Of a stretch of DNA of 32,000 nt, positions 19,255 to 28,926 are shown one piece after another. The position numbers and the translations under genes are program-made. Under the pieces are notes generated by a model. That model saw only the letters and a program-made list of their open reading frames with translations. It had not been told where the DNA came from and ran no database searches. Each line of letters begins with the position of its first letter. The first letter of the stretch is position 1. Origin of the DNA: a cyanobacterium endosymbiont of Epithemia turgida isolate EtSB Lake Yunoko (lineage in GTDB: Bacteria > Cyanobacteriota > Cyanobacteriia > Cyanobacteriales > Microcystaceae); assembly GCF_000829235.1 (NCBI RefSeq), contig NZ_AP012549.1, positions 1,560,001 through 1,592,000 on the forward strand, read 5' to 3'.

Positions 19255-20757
19255 AACTATGCTGATTACTCCTAATAGATTATAAATTCATTACCCGTTT
19301 AGCTTAGATTAATTTTTTACTTCTAAGAAGAATGCTCAAGTTTTTCTAGTTCTGTTGATGTAAGAAGTTTCTGTTGTTAAGTTATATGTAGTCCTTTATT
19401 TATACTAATTGCAGCTAAACTTTCTGGATTATTGTACTGAGAATTAATTGCTTAATTCAGGAAACAAATGGTTAATATTTATTGTTTAAAGTAAGCTTTA
19501 GCGTCTCCGAACTCAAACTCTTTTAAGTGCCATACTGAAACTACAGTTAATTCAAAATTATAGGTTATTATTTACTATAAAATCCTACTCAAGTAAATGA
19601 ATTATCTCAAGTGCAATGATATCAATATTTTCAAATTAATAACGATATCTTAGATAACTTATAACAGGGTTTTTAGGACAGTTTAATTCAATAGTTTATT
19701 GGATTATGACCGCGCAAGTGAAAAAAAAATTGATTAATTTATTAACAAAGCAGAACTCAGTTTAATAAACCTATAGGAAAATAGAATCAAGTTAAAGCTC
19801 GTAGAATTTCCTAAAGTATATTTATTTTAAAATAAATGTGATTCAGTTAAGCCAGTTCATCCCCAAAATATAAGTCAAAACAATATAAAGTAAACTATCA
19901 TTAAGCAATGATAGAGATATAAAAAAATTAGTTTGATAACGTTTATTTATAGCTACCTGTTTATTTCTGTTTACAAACTCAATTTTTTATAAAAAGTTTT
20001 GAAAATCTTAGAAGCCTTACAAAACTTTAAGCTTTTATTTATTAAAACGTTTTTACAGTTAATCTAAAAGAGCCATAGTGTTTATATTGGAAGAATCTCT
20101 AAATATTTTTCCAAGTTCTTTGTAGATTGTTTTAAAAATATTTATTGAATTTTTTTAACAATTAAACCAAGGAGAACAATAGCATTTTAAAGCTGATTCA
20201 AACGTAGTTTATCCTTTTTGACTAAAAATTATAACTTATCTATTAAACTATCTAAATCGATTGGGGTAAAACTTATTGATTTTAACCATATAACTATTTT
20301 CTTTATTAAGAGTACAAAACATTGCTAACAAGGAGTTTTTATGTCGGCTAAAGTCATAATTTTAATCTCCTAATTATAATGTCCCCAAAATTAAGTACAG
20401 AGACACAACTGTTTTTGTATTTTATTACAGTTTATAGTAATGGATTTGTCTCGAATAGTGTAGGTCCGAGTGTCACTGACTACAAACATACAATTGATAA
20501 CTTTAACAAACTTAGAACGGCAAAAACATTCTTAACCCTAAGATAGCTTGATTTGACAATAACAAAAACCCTCTAGGATAAAAACTAAAATAATTGCCAA
20601 ATAATGCTTTCAAGACATTAGTATTAATAATTTTACATAACTGGTTAAGTAGAACCAGAGCAATTGTGACTCTCTAATTATTTGAAAAAATACGAAGAGA
20701 AGTTCTCACTAAGTAGCTTCTATCAAAATCAACTATTAAACTTTTAACTTAATCAAA

Positions 20758-20831
20758 TGGCTCAAGGCAGATTTGAACTGCCGACCTTGGGCTTATGAGT
20801 CCCCTGCTCTAACCTACTGAGCTACTGAGCC
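20758..20831 (-). tRNA. tRNA with CAU anticodon (elongator Met or lysidine-modified Ile2; not initiator)
   Basis: The reverse complement is ggctcag-ta-gctc-agtaggtta-gagc-a-gggga-ctCATaa-gccca-aggtc-ggcag-ttcaaat-ctgcc-ttgagcc-a. It forms a cloverleaf with a 7-bp acceptor stem (G1:C72, so not initiator), a 4-bp D stem, a 5-bp T stem and a TTCAAAT T-loop. No CCA is encoded. Anticodon-stem positions 27:43 (G/A) and 31:39 (A/G) are unpaired. Confidence 0.88.
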
Positions 20832-20885
20832 GTACTCTTTTTATCTCGGTTAGCATAACACAAAATAACGAGATTAACCAAGGTA

Positions 20886-20915
20886 AATAAAAAATCAGAG
20901 GAAGTCTAACCTTCC
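20886..20915 (-). terminator. Candidate intrinsic terminator of the M23 peptidase gene
   Basis: The minus strand reads ggaag-gttaga-cttcc followed by tctgattttttattt, starting 35 nt after the stop at 20950. Confidence 0.55.
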
Positions 20916-20949
20916 CCTGATAAGGGATTGAACTGGGAAAATTTATTGA

Positions 20950-23193
20950 TTACTTTCTTTTCTTGGGTAACAAGGCTACAGGATTAACCGCTCCTGTGCC
21001 ACTCGGATGAACTTCAAAATGAAGATGAGGACCAGTACTGTATCCCGTACTCCCCATTTCAGCAATTTGCTGCCCTTGCTCTACCTTTTGTCCACGACGA
21101 ACCAACAAACGGTTATTATGAGCATAGAGAGTAATACTGCCGTCAGGGTGACGAACTTTAACTAATTTTCCGTAGCCTCCCGAATTCCATCCGGCTGTAA
21201 TCACCTCACCAGGGGCTGCGGCAATGATAGGAGTACCAATGGGAGCCGCAATATCAATTCCTCTATGCATTCTGCCCCAGCGTCGTCCATAGCCAGAAGT
21301 CAACACCCCTTTACTTGGCCAAATATAGCCAGTAAACTGCATAGGGGCATTAGGAAGATAATTATCAGGAACGGATAAAGGTGGTAATTCAGGTCCGACA
21401 TTCGTCCCCACAGGGATACGAAAAGCGTCATTATATTGTTCTGCATCGTTAGGAGCAGCCCCCATTAACCGGGAACGGAATTTAGGTAGCTGTTGGGCAA
21501 CTTCTTCTTTAGAAGAAGGGTAATTACGGCGATCACTGGCCCACTCAGGATTTAAAGTTTGTCCTAGCACAGGAGTTTTGGATTTTTTTTGATTATCAAG
21601 CTCTGTTTTAATTCTGCCAGATCCAGTCTCAACTCCATATTCCTGTTCAAGGTTAGCAATATCTGTTTTGAGTTGTTTAGTATAGGAATCTGGACTAGGA
21701 TTAACAGTTGTCTCGAAATGCTCGAGATCTTCATTTCTAGACGACTGTTTCTCCCATCGATTAATCTCAGCCGGAGAAGCTGATGATGGCACACTCACAG
21801 AAACTGGAAGAGGAGAATTAGAAAATCGACTAGGAGATGATGCTACTAAATTTCGAGATTGAGAAATATGAGGTCGATTTTTATATTGTGCCTTTGTTGC
21901 AGATTCAGGAAGAACCAAACTCTGATGAACCTTTATTAAATTTGGATTAGTAATGCTATTAGCTCGAATTAACTCTGAAAGGGTTAAGCCATGATAACGA
22001 GCAATACTATTAAGAGTGTCTCCAGGTTGAACACGATAGGATTGTTTAGGTTGAACTAATTTTACTCCTGGTTTAGAAACAATCCGAGCTTGCTCAGTTG
22101 AGGTTGATTCTACAGAGATCCCAATTTGAGATGGTTCAAAAGTTGATTTGCTAAGGGGTGAAGAATAAAAAGAAAAGACGGCGATTGAGGCTAGATCGTT
22201 TTCAGGTGTAGAAACTGGAATCGGAATAGGTTCATTAAATTGAGGAATTTCTGCTTGTTCCATCTGAGACAAGGGAACTGAAGGAAGTTTCGTCAAAGAG
22301 GATAACGTTGAGGGGGAATTTTCACCAGTTTTTTCTGCTGTGGAAGTGGAAGAAACATTCTTACTCGAAAAACTAGAAGATAGAGAACCGGCAGTATCTA
22401 CAAGCATGGTTAGATTCGAAGCCGAAACTGACTCAGGGGAGGTAATCACTTGAATCGTCGTTTCTCTGACGGACCCATTCTCTTGAAATTGACTGCTAAT
22501 AGGTCTTAAGGGTTGACTCACATCAGAGACATTGGCTAGCAAGGAACTGATATTAGACTTTAGGTTAGACTTCTCCGTTTTTAATTCAGCCAGACTATCT
22601 TGTAAACGTTTACGAGTTTCTCTAAGGTGATCGAGAGAAGTATTTACGGGGTTGGGGGGTAATTCTTGGGACTTGGAGAGTATTGTTCCAAGTTGACGTG
22701 GTGGAGCCTGAAGCTTAAATTCTTCTAGGGAAGGGATTTTTAAAATTTGCCCAGAAACTAAGTCGGCTTCGACAGAGAGTTTATTGAGGTTAGCGAGCGC
22801 AGCTGCTTCCACTTGATACTCTTGGGCTAGTTGCTTGATAGATTCTCCGAGCTTAACTTTGTGCTTAAGATTTAGAGGAGCTAATTGACTTTTAGAGGAG
22901 CTAGTGGCGTTATTTGAGCTCAACGAGGCTGATAGATTTGAAAGAGTAGCAGTAGCAGTTAATGAGTTAGCTGCTACTGCTGCTTTATTTTGAGTCAGTA
23001 ACAATCCTGTAGCTCCCATAGAAATAGCTAGTCCAATCATGGCCGTAGAGCGACGTACTTGACCACAATTGTTATTGGGAGTGGGAGTCAAACTGCTTAA
23101 TGGAAGCTCGGCTAGAGGGATAACTGATGTATTGTGATAGTCAGCAAGGCACGAAGATATCGGCATTGCTTTGCGTGTAAATGTATTTTTCAA
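20950..23193 (-). CDS. LysM-domain M23 family metallopeptidase (NlpD/EnvC-like murein hydrolase or activator)
   Basis: 747 aa with an N-terminal signal/TM segment (MIGLAISMGATGLLL). There are two LysM repeats (HKVKLGESIKQLAQEYQVEAAALANLNKL...GQILKIP and YRVQPGDTLNSIARYHGLTLSELIRANSI...HQSLVLP) and long S/P/T-rich linkers. The C-terminal M23 domain reads HRGIDIAAPIGTPIIAAAPGEV...GSTGYSTGPHLHFEV. TTG start at 23193, preceded by AGGAGG (23199-23204) with a 5-nt spacer. Confidence 0.9.
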   Translation of the reverse strand: MKNTFTRKAMPISSCLADYHNTSVIPLAELPLSSLTPTPNNNCGQVRRSTAMIGLAISMGATGLLLTQNKAAVAANSLTATATLSNLSASLSSNNATSSSKSQLAPLNLKHKVKLGESIKQLAQEYQVEAAALANLNKLSVEADLVSGQILKIPSLEEFKLQAPPRQLGTILSKSQELPPNPVNTSLDHLRETRKRLQDSLAELKTEKSNLKSNISSLLANVSDVSQPLRPISSQFQENGSVRETTIQVITSPESVSASNLTMLVDTAGSLSSSFSSKNVSSTSTAEKTGENSPSTLSSLTKLPSVPLSQMEQAEIPQFNEPIPIPVSTPENDLASIAVFSFYSSPLSKSTFEPSQIGISVESTSTEQARIVSKPGVKLVQPKQSYRVQPGDTLNSIARYHGLTLSELIRANSITNPNLIKVHQSLVLPESATKAQYKNRPHISQSRNLVASSPSRFSNSPLPVSVSVPSSASPAEINRWEKQSSRNEDLEHFETTVNPSPDSYTKQLKTDIANLEQEYGVETGSGRIKTELDNQKKSKTPVLGQTLNPEWASDRRNYPSSKEEVAQQLPKFRSRLMGAAPNDAEQYNDAFRIPVGTNVGPELPPLSVPDNYLPNAPMQFTGYIWPSKGVLTSGYGRRWGRMHRGIDIAAPIGTPIIAAAPGEVITAGWNSGGYGKLVKVRHPDGSITLYAHNNRLLVRRGQKVEQGQQIAEMGSTGYSTGPHLHFEVHPSGTGAVNPVALLPKKRK

Positions 23194-23635
23194 AAAAACC
23201 TCCTAATGTTTAGGAACGAGCCATTATTAAAAATCTATATATCCGGTCGAGTTTCAGAAACAGAATAGATACTTGATTTTACAGGGGAACATCTTAATAG
23301 AGATATATTAATAAGTCAATATACTCAGATATCATTTTATTGATGAAACATTAAAATCAACTTATTTTCTTTGCTGATTTATTTTAGATAAGTATAGTCT
23401 GATTCTGATTCCAATGAGGGACTTCTTACATCTAATCTTTCTGTCTGATGCAAGTTTGTAGACGATAGTAGTTGATTGAAGGTTTCGTGGTGAAGTAGTA
23501 TGGTCTAACGATTAAAAGTTCTAGTTTAGGGTGTTCTGAGTCGATGAAAACAACACAGTCAATTTCTTAATTCCATAAAATTTACATTCCTGTAATTTTC
23601 AGAGAATAGATGTGGATTGCTTATTGATCACTTAC

Positions 23636-24094
23636 TTAAACCATCTTTAATTGTCGTCGTGCTTCAAATAGACCAATAGTGACGCTCACTGACAAGTTTA
23701 AACTACGCACTTGAGAGTTACTCATCGGAATATATAGGGTTTCTTGGCAATTAGCTAGAAGAGATTGGGGTAGTCCTTCGGTTTCGCTCCCAAATAAGAG
23801 CCAATCACTATCTTGAAATATCCATTCAAGATAAGAACGACGACCCCGAACGCTAAAGCCAAGTAAATGCCCCCCCTGTTGTTTATGACAATCCAAAAAA
23901 TCTTCTAAACTGTTGTGGTAGTTAAGATTGACATAGGGCCAGTAATCTAAACCCGCCCTTTTTAAATAACGATTACTTAACTCAAATCCTAATGGAGCGA
24001 CTAAATGTAATTCTGTGTGTGTAGCTGCACAAGTTCTGGCAATATTACCAGTATTTGGTGGAATTTGCGGGTTGAATAAAATAATTCTGGGCAT
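23636..24094 (-). CDS. trmL: tRNA (cytidine/uridine-2'-O)-methyltransferase TrmL (SpoU family, YibK-type)
   Basis: 152 aa: MPRIILFNPQIPPNTGNIARTCAATHTELHLVAPLGFELSNRYLKRAGLDYW...LLFGSETEGLP......IPM...VRSLNLSVSVTIGLFEA is the typical single-domain TrmL. Confidence 0.88.
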   Translation of the reverse strand: MPRIILFNPQIPPNTGNIARTCAATHTELHLVAPLGFELSNRYLKRAGLDYWPYVNLNYHNSLEDFLDCHKQQGGHLLGFSVRGRRSYLEWIFQDSDWLLFGSETEGLPQSLLANCQETLYIPMSNSQVRSLNLSVSVTIGLFEARRQLKMV

Positions 24095-24203
24095 ATAAAT
24101 CTATAGTTTTTATTTAATTTAAATCAATATTTAATTTTGAATCACAAAAAGCATCAGTTTGAATAAACTCAATATATATGTACATAAATAATTACAACTT
24201 ATT

Positions 24204-25346
24204 TTAGGCAACCAGCAAAGATTGACATAACTTATCTTCTAACTCTTCTTCGAGTTTGGCAACAGCTTCGATTTCTTGAGCCAAAATCAAGGAAATGGGA
24301 CAACCAAACTGATATTTCCTGATCCATTGTTGTGCTAAATTACCATCGCGCAAAATTCTTTTTATGGGGTTAAGAAAGCAACTAAAGCCTTTCTGTTTGG
24401 CCGTTGGTAATATCTCTTGATACAATTCTTGAATCCAACTTTTTGCGTCTATCCTACGTCCATCTCGCCAGTGGATTAGTTGGGCAGTTAGGCTGTCTTT
24501 GGCGACTACCTTTTCATTATGAGCAGTAATAGTCAATAATTCGTCCGGGGATAATTGGCTATGAATTAGGGGATCAAGACTAGGATCATCAATAAGTTGA
24601 ATTAAACGAGCCTCTAACAACGCCACAACTGATAATAAAGCGATAGGTTCAACTATCAGGTCACAAATTCTCAATTCCAAGCGATTAAGATTATAAGGCC
24701 GATTATCTCCATTAGGACGCACTGATGTCCAAAGATGGCGTACATTCTGCATGGTTTGGCGAGTTAACTGTTCTTCTGTCCAACAAACAAAGTGACCGTG
24801 ACTTTTAAACAGAGGGACATGCTCAGGAGTGTGGGGAAACAAATGCCAACGGGTAGAATGATAGCCAGTGATCTGCCCATCAAGGAAAGGGGACGATGCA
24901 CTTAATGCCAAATAAAGAGGAGCTTCTAAGCGAATGAGGCGACAAGCTCGAATTAAAGTTTCCGGATCATTAATTCCAATATTAATATGAATACTAGCAG
25001 TCACAACTCTCGTGCCATAGGTTTTCTCAATATAACTATGGTAAAGATTATGGAGATCGGACCGATAGAAGCGATCACTGTTTCCTAATGAAAGGGTACT
25101 TCCCGGAATCAAGGTAAAATTGCCAATGCGTTGTAGATATTTCCTTAGGTTGTGTCGGGGTAGAATGGTAGCACACAATAGACGATCATAGGAGGACAAG
25201 GGGACTGTGGTGTATTCTACGTTGCGTGAATCAGGTTCTAGAACAAATCCTTCTAAGTCTTTAACAATACGCTCGGACAATCCCACAATTTGCCCGTCGG
25301 ATGTCCCTGTGTACATTTCAATTTCGAGCCCTTTGGATAATAGCAC
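24204..25346 (-). CDS. gshA: Glutamate--cysteine ligase (cyanobacterial-type GshA / GCS family protein)
   Basis: The 380-aa size and sequence (LSKGLEIEMYTGT...NVEYTT.P...ASIHINIGI...WTSVRPNG........NRLELRICD) fit the carboxylate-amine ligase/GCS fold annotated as GshA in cyanobacteria. GTG start. The assignment rests on recalled family patterns only. Confidence 0.72.
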   Translation of the reverse strand: MLLSKGLEIEMYTGTSDGQIVGLSERIVKDLEGFVLEPDSRNVEYTTVPLSSYDRLLCATILPRHNLRKYLQRIGNFTLIPGSTLSLGNSDRFYRSDLHNLYHSYIEKTYGTRVVTASIHINIGINDPETLIRACRLIRLEAPLYLALSASSPFLDGQITGYHSTRWHLFPHTPEHVPLFKSHGHFVCWTEEQLTRQTMQNVRHLWTSVRPNGDNRPYNLNRLELRICDLIVEPIALLSVVALLEARLIQLIDDPSLDPLIHSQLSPDELLTITAHNEKVVAKDSLTAQLIHWRDGRRIDAKSWIQELYQEILPTAKQKGFSCFLNPIKRILRDGNLAQQWIRKYQFGCPISLILAQEIEAVAKLEEELEDKLCQSLLVA

Positions 25347-25872
25347 GATGATTCCTCTGCGTTAGCTGGCTAATTTTCCTAGTCATGTGTCACTTATATC
25401 TCATTATCGATGGACAAGGATGATTTACTCAACAAAAATATTTTGGCATTTTCTGGTGATCAACTCCTTATAAACCGTTTGGAGAATTTTTATCCTAAAT
25501 TAAATCAAAGAGATAAATCAATTTAAATGATTTATATGAGCTTATATAGGAAAAAAACCATATTATCCCTAGTATTAGAGTTAATTTTAGCTTAAATACT
25601 TTTTTAAAATTAATTCTCGTTGTGTGGAGGTATTTTTGTCTTAAGCTTTTCAGCTAGACATCTCTTTTATCAAAGAAAAGAAACTTTTGAAGATAATTCT
25701 TGGCAGGGACAATGGGCATTTGACGGAGAAATTTTATGGGCTGCAGAAAAAAGTCGATGTAATCTCCAAAAAAACCTAATAATGAAGTCCTAATTAAGTG
25801 AGAACTTACAACTTCATTATCGAAAGGGGCATTGAGTTCAATTCAAATCAAATGCCCTAAAATAAAATTATG

Positions 25873-25948
25873 ATCAACTTAAAAAGATAAATCCAAAAAC
25901 TCTATGTTATACCGAGTGTAATACTCTAATTTATCTTTTTAAGTTGAT
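25873..25948. repeat. 20-bp perfect inverted repeat with a 36-nt spacer
   Basis: 25873-25892 atcaacttaaaaagataaat is the exact reverse complement of 25929-25948 atttatctttttaagttgat. A 7-bp GC-rich hairpin (gggcatt / aatgccc, 25827-25857) lies just upstream. Confidence 0.9.
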
Positions 25949-26059
25949 TGATAGATTAAATTACAAGTAAGCTTTAAATTTAGCTACGTTTCTTGATAAT
26001 TGTCTTCAACCTCTCTAGGAGGGACACATTAGACTCAGGGAAGTATGACTAGAGAATTT

Positions 26060-26270
26060 ATGTCCAACATCTATTGAAATTAATCACCAAGGCAATACCT
26101 ACACCATTGAAGTTGCTGAGAATCGAAAAATTTTCGATGTAGCTCAAGGTGAGGGGATGGGGCTTCCGAACTTCAAGGAGAAGGATACGTCCTTTTGTGT
26201 GTTTCCTGTCCGCATTCTAATCTCAAAATTGAACCTAAAAAGGAAGATAAGGTTTATAGTCGTCAGATTT
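26060..26270 (+). pseudogene. Plant-type [2Fe-2S] ferredoxin pseudogene (frameshifted; internal deletion removing the Cys cluster)
   Basis: Frame 3 from about 26061 reads ..IEINHQGNTYTIEVAENRKIFDVAQGEGMGLP. Frame 2 from 26177 reads GEGYVLLCVSCPHSNLKIEPKKEDKVY. These are the N- and C-terminal blocks of plant-type ferredoxins, but only about 10 nt separate them where about 40 codons, including C-x4-C-x2-C, should be. The initiator-frame ATG at 26060 runs into stops immediately. Confidence 0.8.
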
Positions 26271-26342
26271 CCCAATCTGAAGTCACTCCTTTGGGTACAT
26301 TAAACTCCGCTGAGCAATGCCCACCCCATAGGTTTTTAAATT

Positions 26343-27491
26343 TCAAGATTGAGGAATGATATTAGGCTTCCAAAATTTATAACTCTCTTGGACAACTAAA
26401 TTGTCTCGATGCACCATGGTTTGTGGCCCTTCATAACCCAAAATTTTAGCAATTTTATCAGAGTGATGCCCTTTAATTTTTGTGACTTCCAAACTGCTGT
26501 AATTAACAATTCCCCTGGCTAGTTCTTGTCCTTGTTTATCGCATAATTGAATTGCATCAAATGCTTCAAATTGTCCCTCAACTTTAATAATACCCGCCGC
26601 TAACAAGGACTTTCCTTGGTGACAAATAGCTTCAATTGCCCCTTGATCGAGATAAAGTTGTCCACTAGGAACCAACCCGTAAGCAATCCAACGTTTACGA
26701 GCGTTTTCACTACGCGGTTGGGGTTCAAATTGAGTTCCAATTGCCTTCCCTCGTAAAATTTTGAGCAAGTTACCTGGTTTTTGTCCATGAGTAATCACGG
26801 TTCTCACCCCTGCACTAGTAGCCAGTCGTACAGCTGTTAGTTTGGTTTCCATTCCTCCTGTTCCCCATTGAGACCCTTTATTCCCTGCATTGACCTTTAA
26901 TTGATCAATTTTTTCAGCATTGACCAGAGTAATGGGTTGAGCATCCTGAACTAGTCGAGGATCGGCCGAATAAAGTCGATCAACATCTGTTAGTAAAAAT
27001 AACCAATCGGCATGAATCACACTAGCTACAAGAGCTGATAGGGTATCATTATCACCAAATTTTAACTCTTCAGTAGCCACTGTATCATTTTCGTTAACAA
27101 TAGGGATGACTCCCAACTCGAATAGTGCTCGAAAAGTGTTAGAGACATTGACATAACAGCTACGTTCTATTAGTTCCCGTCGTGTCAGCAAAACTTGAGC
27201 AATAGGCTGTCCGATAGTAGTAAATAGGTCATCATAGACGCGGATGAGACGACCTTGACCAACAGCAGCGATCGCCTGTTTAAAAGCTATTTTTTTTGGG
27301 CGTTCTTTCAAATTCAGACAACCGCATCCTACCCCTACAGCCCCAGAAGAGACTAATACCACCCGATAGCCCAATTGTTGCAACTGAGTTAAGGTTTCTA
27401 CTAAAGTAGCAATGGTGGACAAGGCTAATTGTCCACTTGCGGATTGAGTTAAACTCGATGTCCCAATTTTAACAACCAGAGTTTGTGTCAT
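26343..27491 (-). CDS. proB: Glutamate 5-kinase (with C-terminal PUA domain)
   Basis: 382 aa: [11 protein letters not shown]...[12 protein letters not shown]...[23 protein letters not shown].....[15 protein letters not shown], followed by a PUA-like C-terminus ([13 protein letters not shown]...[13 protein letters not shown]). Confidence 0.93.
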   Translation of the reverse strand: MTQTLVVKIGTSSLTQSASGQLALSTIATLVETLTQLQQLGYRVVLVSSGAVGVGCGCLNLKERPKKIAFKQAIAAVGQGRLIRVYDDLFTTIGQPIAQVLLTRRELIERSCYVNVSNTFRALFELGVIPIVNENDTVATEELKFGDNDTLSALVASVIHADWLFLLTDVDRLYSADPRLVQDAQPITLVNAEKIDQLKVNAGNKGSQWGTGGMETKLTAVRLATSAGVRTVITHGQKPGNLLKILRGKAIGTQFEPQPRSENARKRWIAYGLVPSGQLYLDQGAIEAICHQGKSLLAAGIIKVEGQFEAFDAIQLCDKQGQELARGIVNYSSLEVTKIKGHHSDKIAKILGYEGPQTMVHRDNLVVQESYKFWKPNIIPQS

Positions 27492-27566
27492 TGATTAATA
27501 AATGGTTGAGGGTTAATCCTGCCTTTGGCATAGTCTCGCCGTCAAGCTACGTTGTGACTAGACATT

Positions 27567-27625
27567 CTTAAATTCACATTTAAGGATTTCTGCTTCTTAG
27601 ATTTTTGACAAGGCAAAGCCTTGTC
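27567..27625 (-). other. Two stem-loops immediately 3' of the TnpB relic (possible right-end / omega-RNA scaffold remnant)
   Basis: 27567-27584 is cttaaat-tcac-atttaag (7-bp stem). 27607-27625 is gacaaggc-aaa-gccttgtc (8-bp stem). Both lie between the decayed tnpB 3' end and the proB start codon (27491). Confidence 0.35.
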
Positions 27626-27639
27626 GGACTGTCTTCAAG

Positions 27640-28570
27640 TAAGGCATTTCCTAATATGCTATGTCCTTGTCTAGATCCTTATCTACACCACGCTAATAAT
27701 TCGAGCTGCGGCCACATGTTTGTCTCTATGTGTTCGAAACTTAAATATCCGGGACAATATATGTTTTCTAACATCAAAAGTTTTCTTGCCAGTATGAAAC
27801 CCATAATTGATGTGTATTTGTGAGGTAAGATTTTTGTCAATTTCAACCATAAAAACATCTCGTTTCCATGCCACTAACTTGAGGATGCTTCGGCTTATTC
27901 GAAACCATTCTCAAGACAGTCTTTAGAAAATATCCGTTTACCCCATGAGCGAAAATCAATATTCTCAAAGGGCTTGAGAAATAGGGATTGAGCTTGATTA
28001 CAGAGGTGGGGAACTAACTTAAAATGTCAATCTTTGCGAGGATTGGAAATACGCCGATACAATCTAGCTATCTTTTGATTTAACTTGTAACGATTATTAG
28101 ACCCTTTTTGTTTATTCTTTAATTTAAGTTTCAGCCATTTTATATTTTGGTTTAGAAAATATGGTATGTACGCAATTTCACTATCACTGATTTCACAGAA
28201 TTGATCCAAGCTTGAAGCAATTTCTAATAATTGCCTTGATAACATCATAAGGTACTCAGACGTTCCCCGTACAATGCGAGCTTGTCTTAATTCAAATCCA
28301 TCTTGTATGTTTCTAAACTTTACCCATACTAATTGAGGTAACTTAAGGGGATTCTCATAGAAACGCATTCTATAATTTATGTTTGGAACAAGGAAGGTAC
28401 AACTTTCTGGACTACATATCGACAAAAGTCTCGTTTAAAACTTTTCATACTTGTTTGAGAACTTGAGCACTACCTGTATTAAGAATCTTGTTAGGTTTTG
28501 TTAGCCTCTGAGATTGTTTATAATAATCAGGATAGGGAACTTCAGAAAGGAAGATGTCCTCTTCTTGTTA
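27640..28570 (-). pseudogene. tnpB: IS200/IS605-family TnpB (OrfB, RNA-guided-nuclease family) relic; approximate bounds
   Basis: Minus-strand fragments across several frames read FLSEVPYPDYYKQSQRL (about 28500-28550), then LKLPQLVWVKFRNIQDGFELRQARIV......KQKGSNNRYKLNQKIARLYRRISNPRKD (28027-28425). Next comes HFKLVPHLCNQAQSLFLKPFENIDFRSWGKRIFSKD (about 27900-28026), then VEIDKNLTSQIHINYGFHTGKKTFDVR....RDKHVAAARI (27683-27874). The order and motifs follow TnpB (KKGS.NR.K....A.LH.KI.N.R.D; TSQ.CS.CG....K; RD.NAA.NI). There are stops and frameshifts, the zinc-finger cysteines are lost, and no tnpA is present. Confidence 0.8.
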
Positions 28571-28926
28571 ATTATTAAGAACAAATCTTGAAAGATAATT
28601 TACTAGATATTAGCCAATTTTTACGCCTGCTAAAAGTATAATTACAGACCAAAAGACAAACACTTAATGTATAGTCAATGACTTTAATTTACTGCCTCTC
28701 TGGTATTGGTTTATACGTTAAGGCTAGCATTGGTTTAGTCTTTTATAATGTCTCTGTTAGTCTAGATTAATCTAAATAAACTTTCAAGTTGTGTAAAAAT
28801 CTTTTAAGATAGATTCCTTGACTTTTCAGAAACTTTTGTTAGATTAGGCATATTTCTAATTCTATCAAGAGCTTCAAGGAAGAGCTCAATGGATTTAAGA
28901 GTTGAGTGTGTTTGGAGTGAGAGTTG

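Noticed and set aside
19820-19837. 18-bp perfect palindrome atttattttaaaataaat
   Set aside because: It is composed only of A/T in a stretch that is almost pure A/T, so chance occurrence is plausible. This contrasts with the mixed-composition 18-25 bp repeats reported as findings.
16142-26788. Short ORFs 16142-16348 (+), 17217-17414 (-), 18122-18319 (+), 21564-21794 (-), 21589-21783 (+) and 26600-26788 (-)
   Set aside because: Each is nested inside, or out of frame with, a strongly supported larger CDS (ftsH, response regulator, M23 peptidase, proB). They are shadow or alternate-frame ORFs.
27605-27823. 72-aa plus-strand ORF
   Set aside because: It is antisense to the TnpB relic, whose homology is on the minus strand, and it has no motif support.
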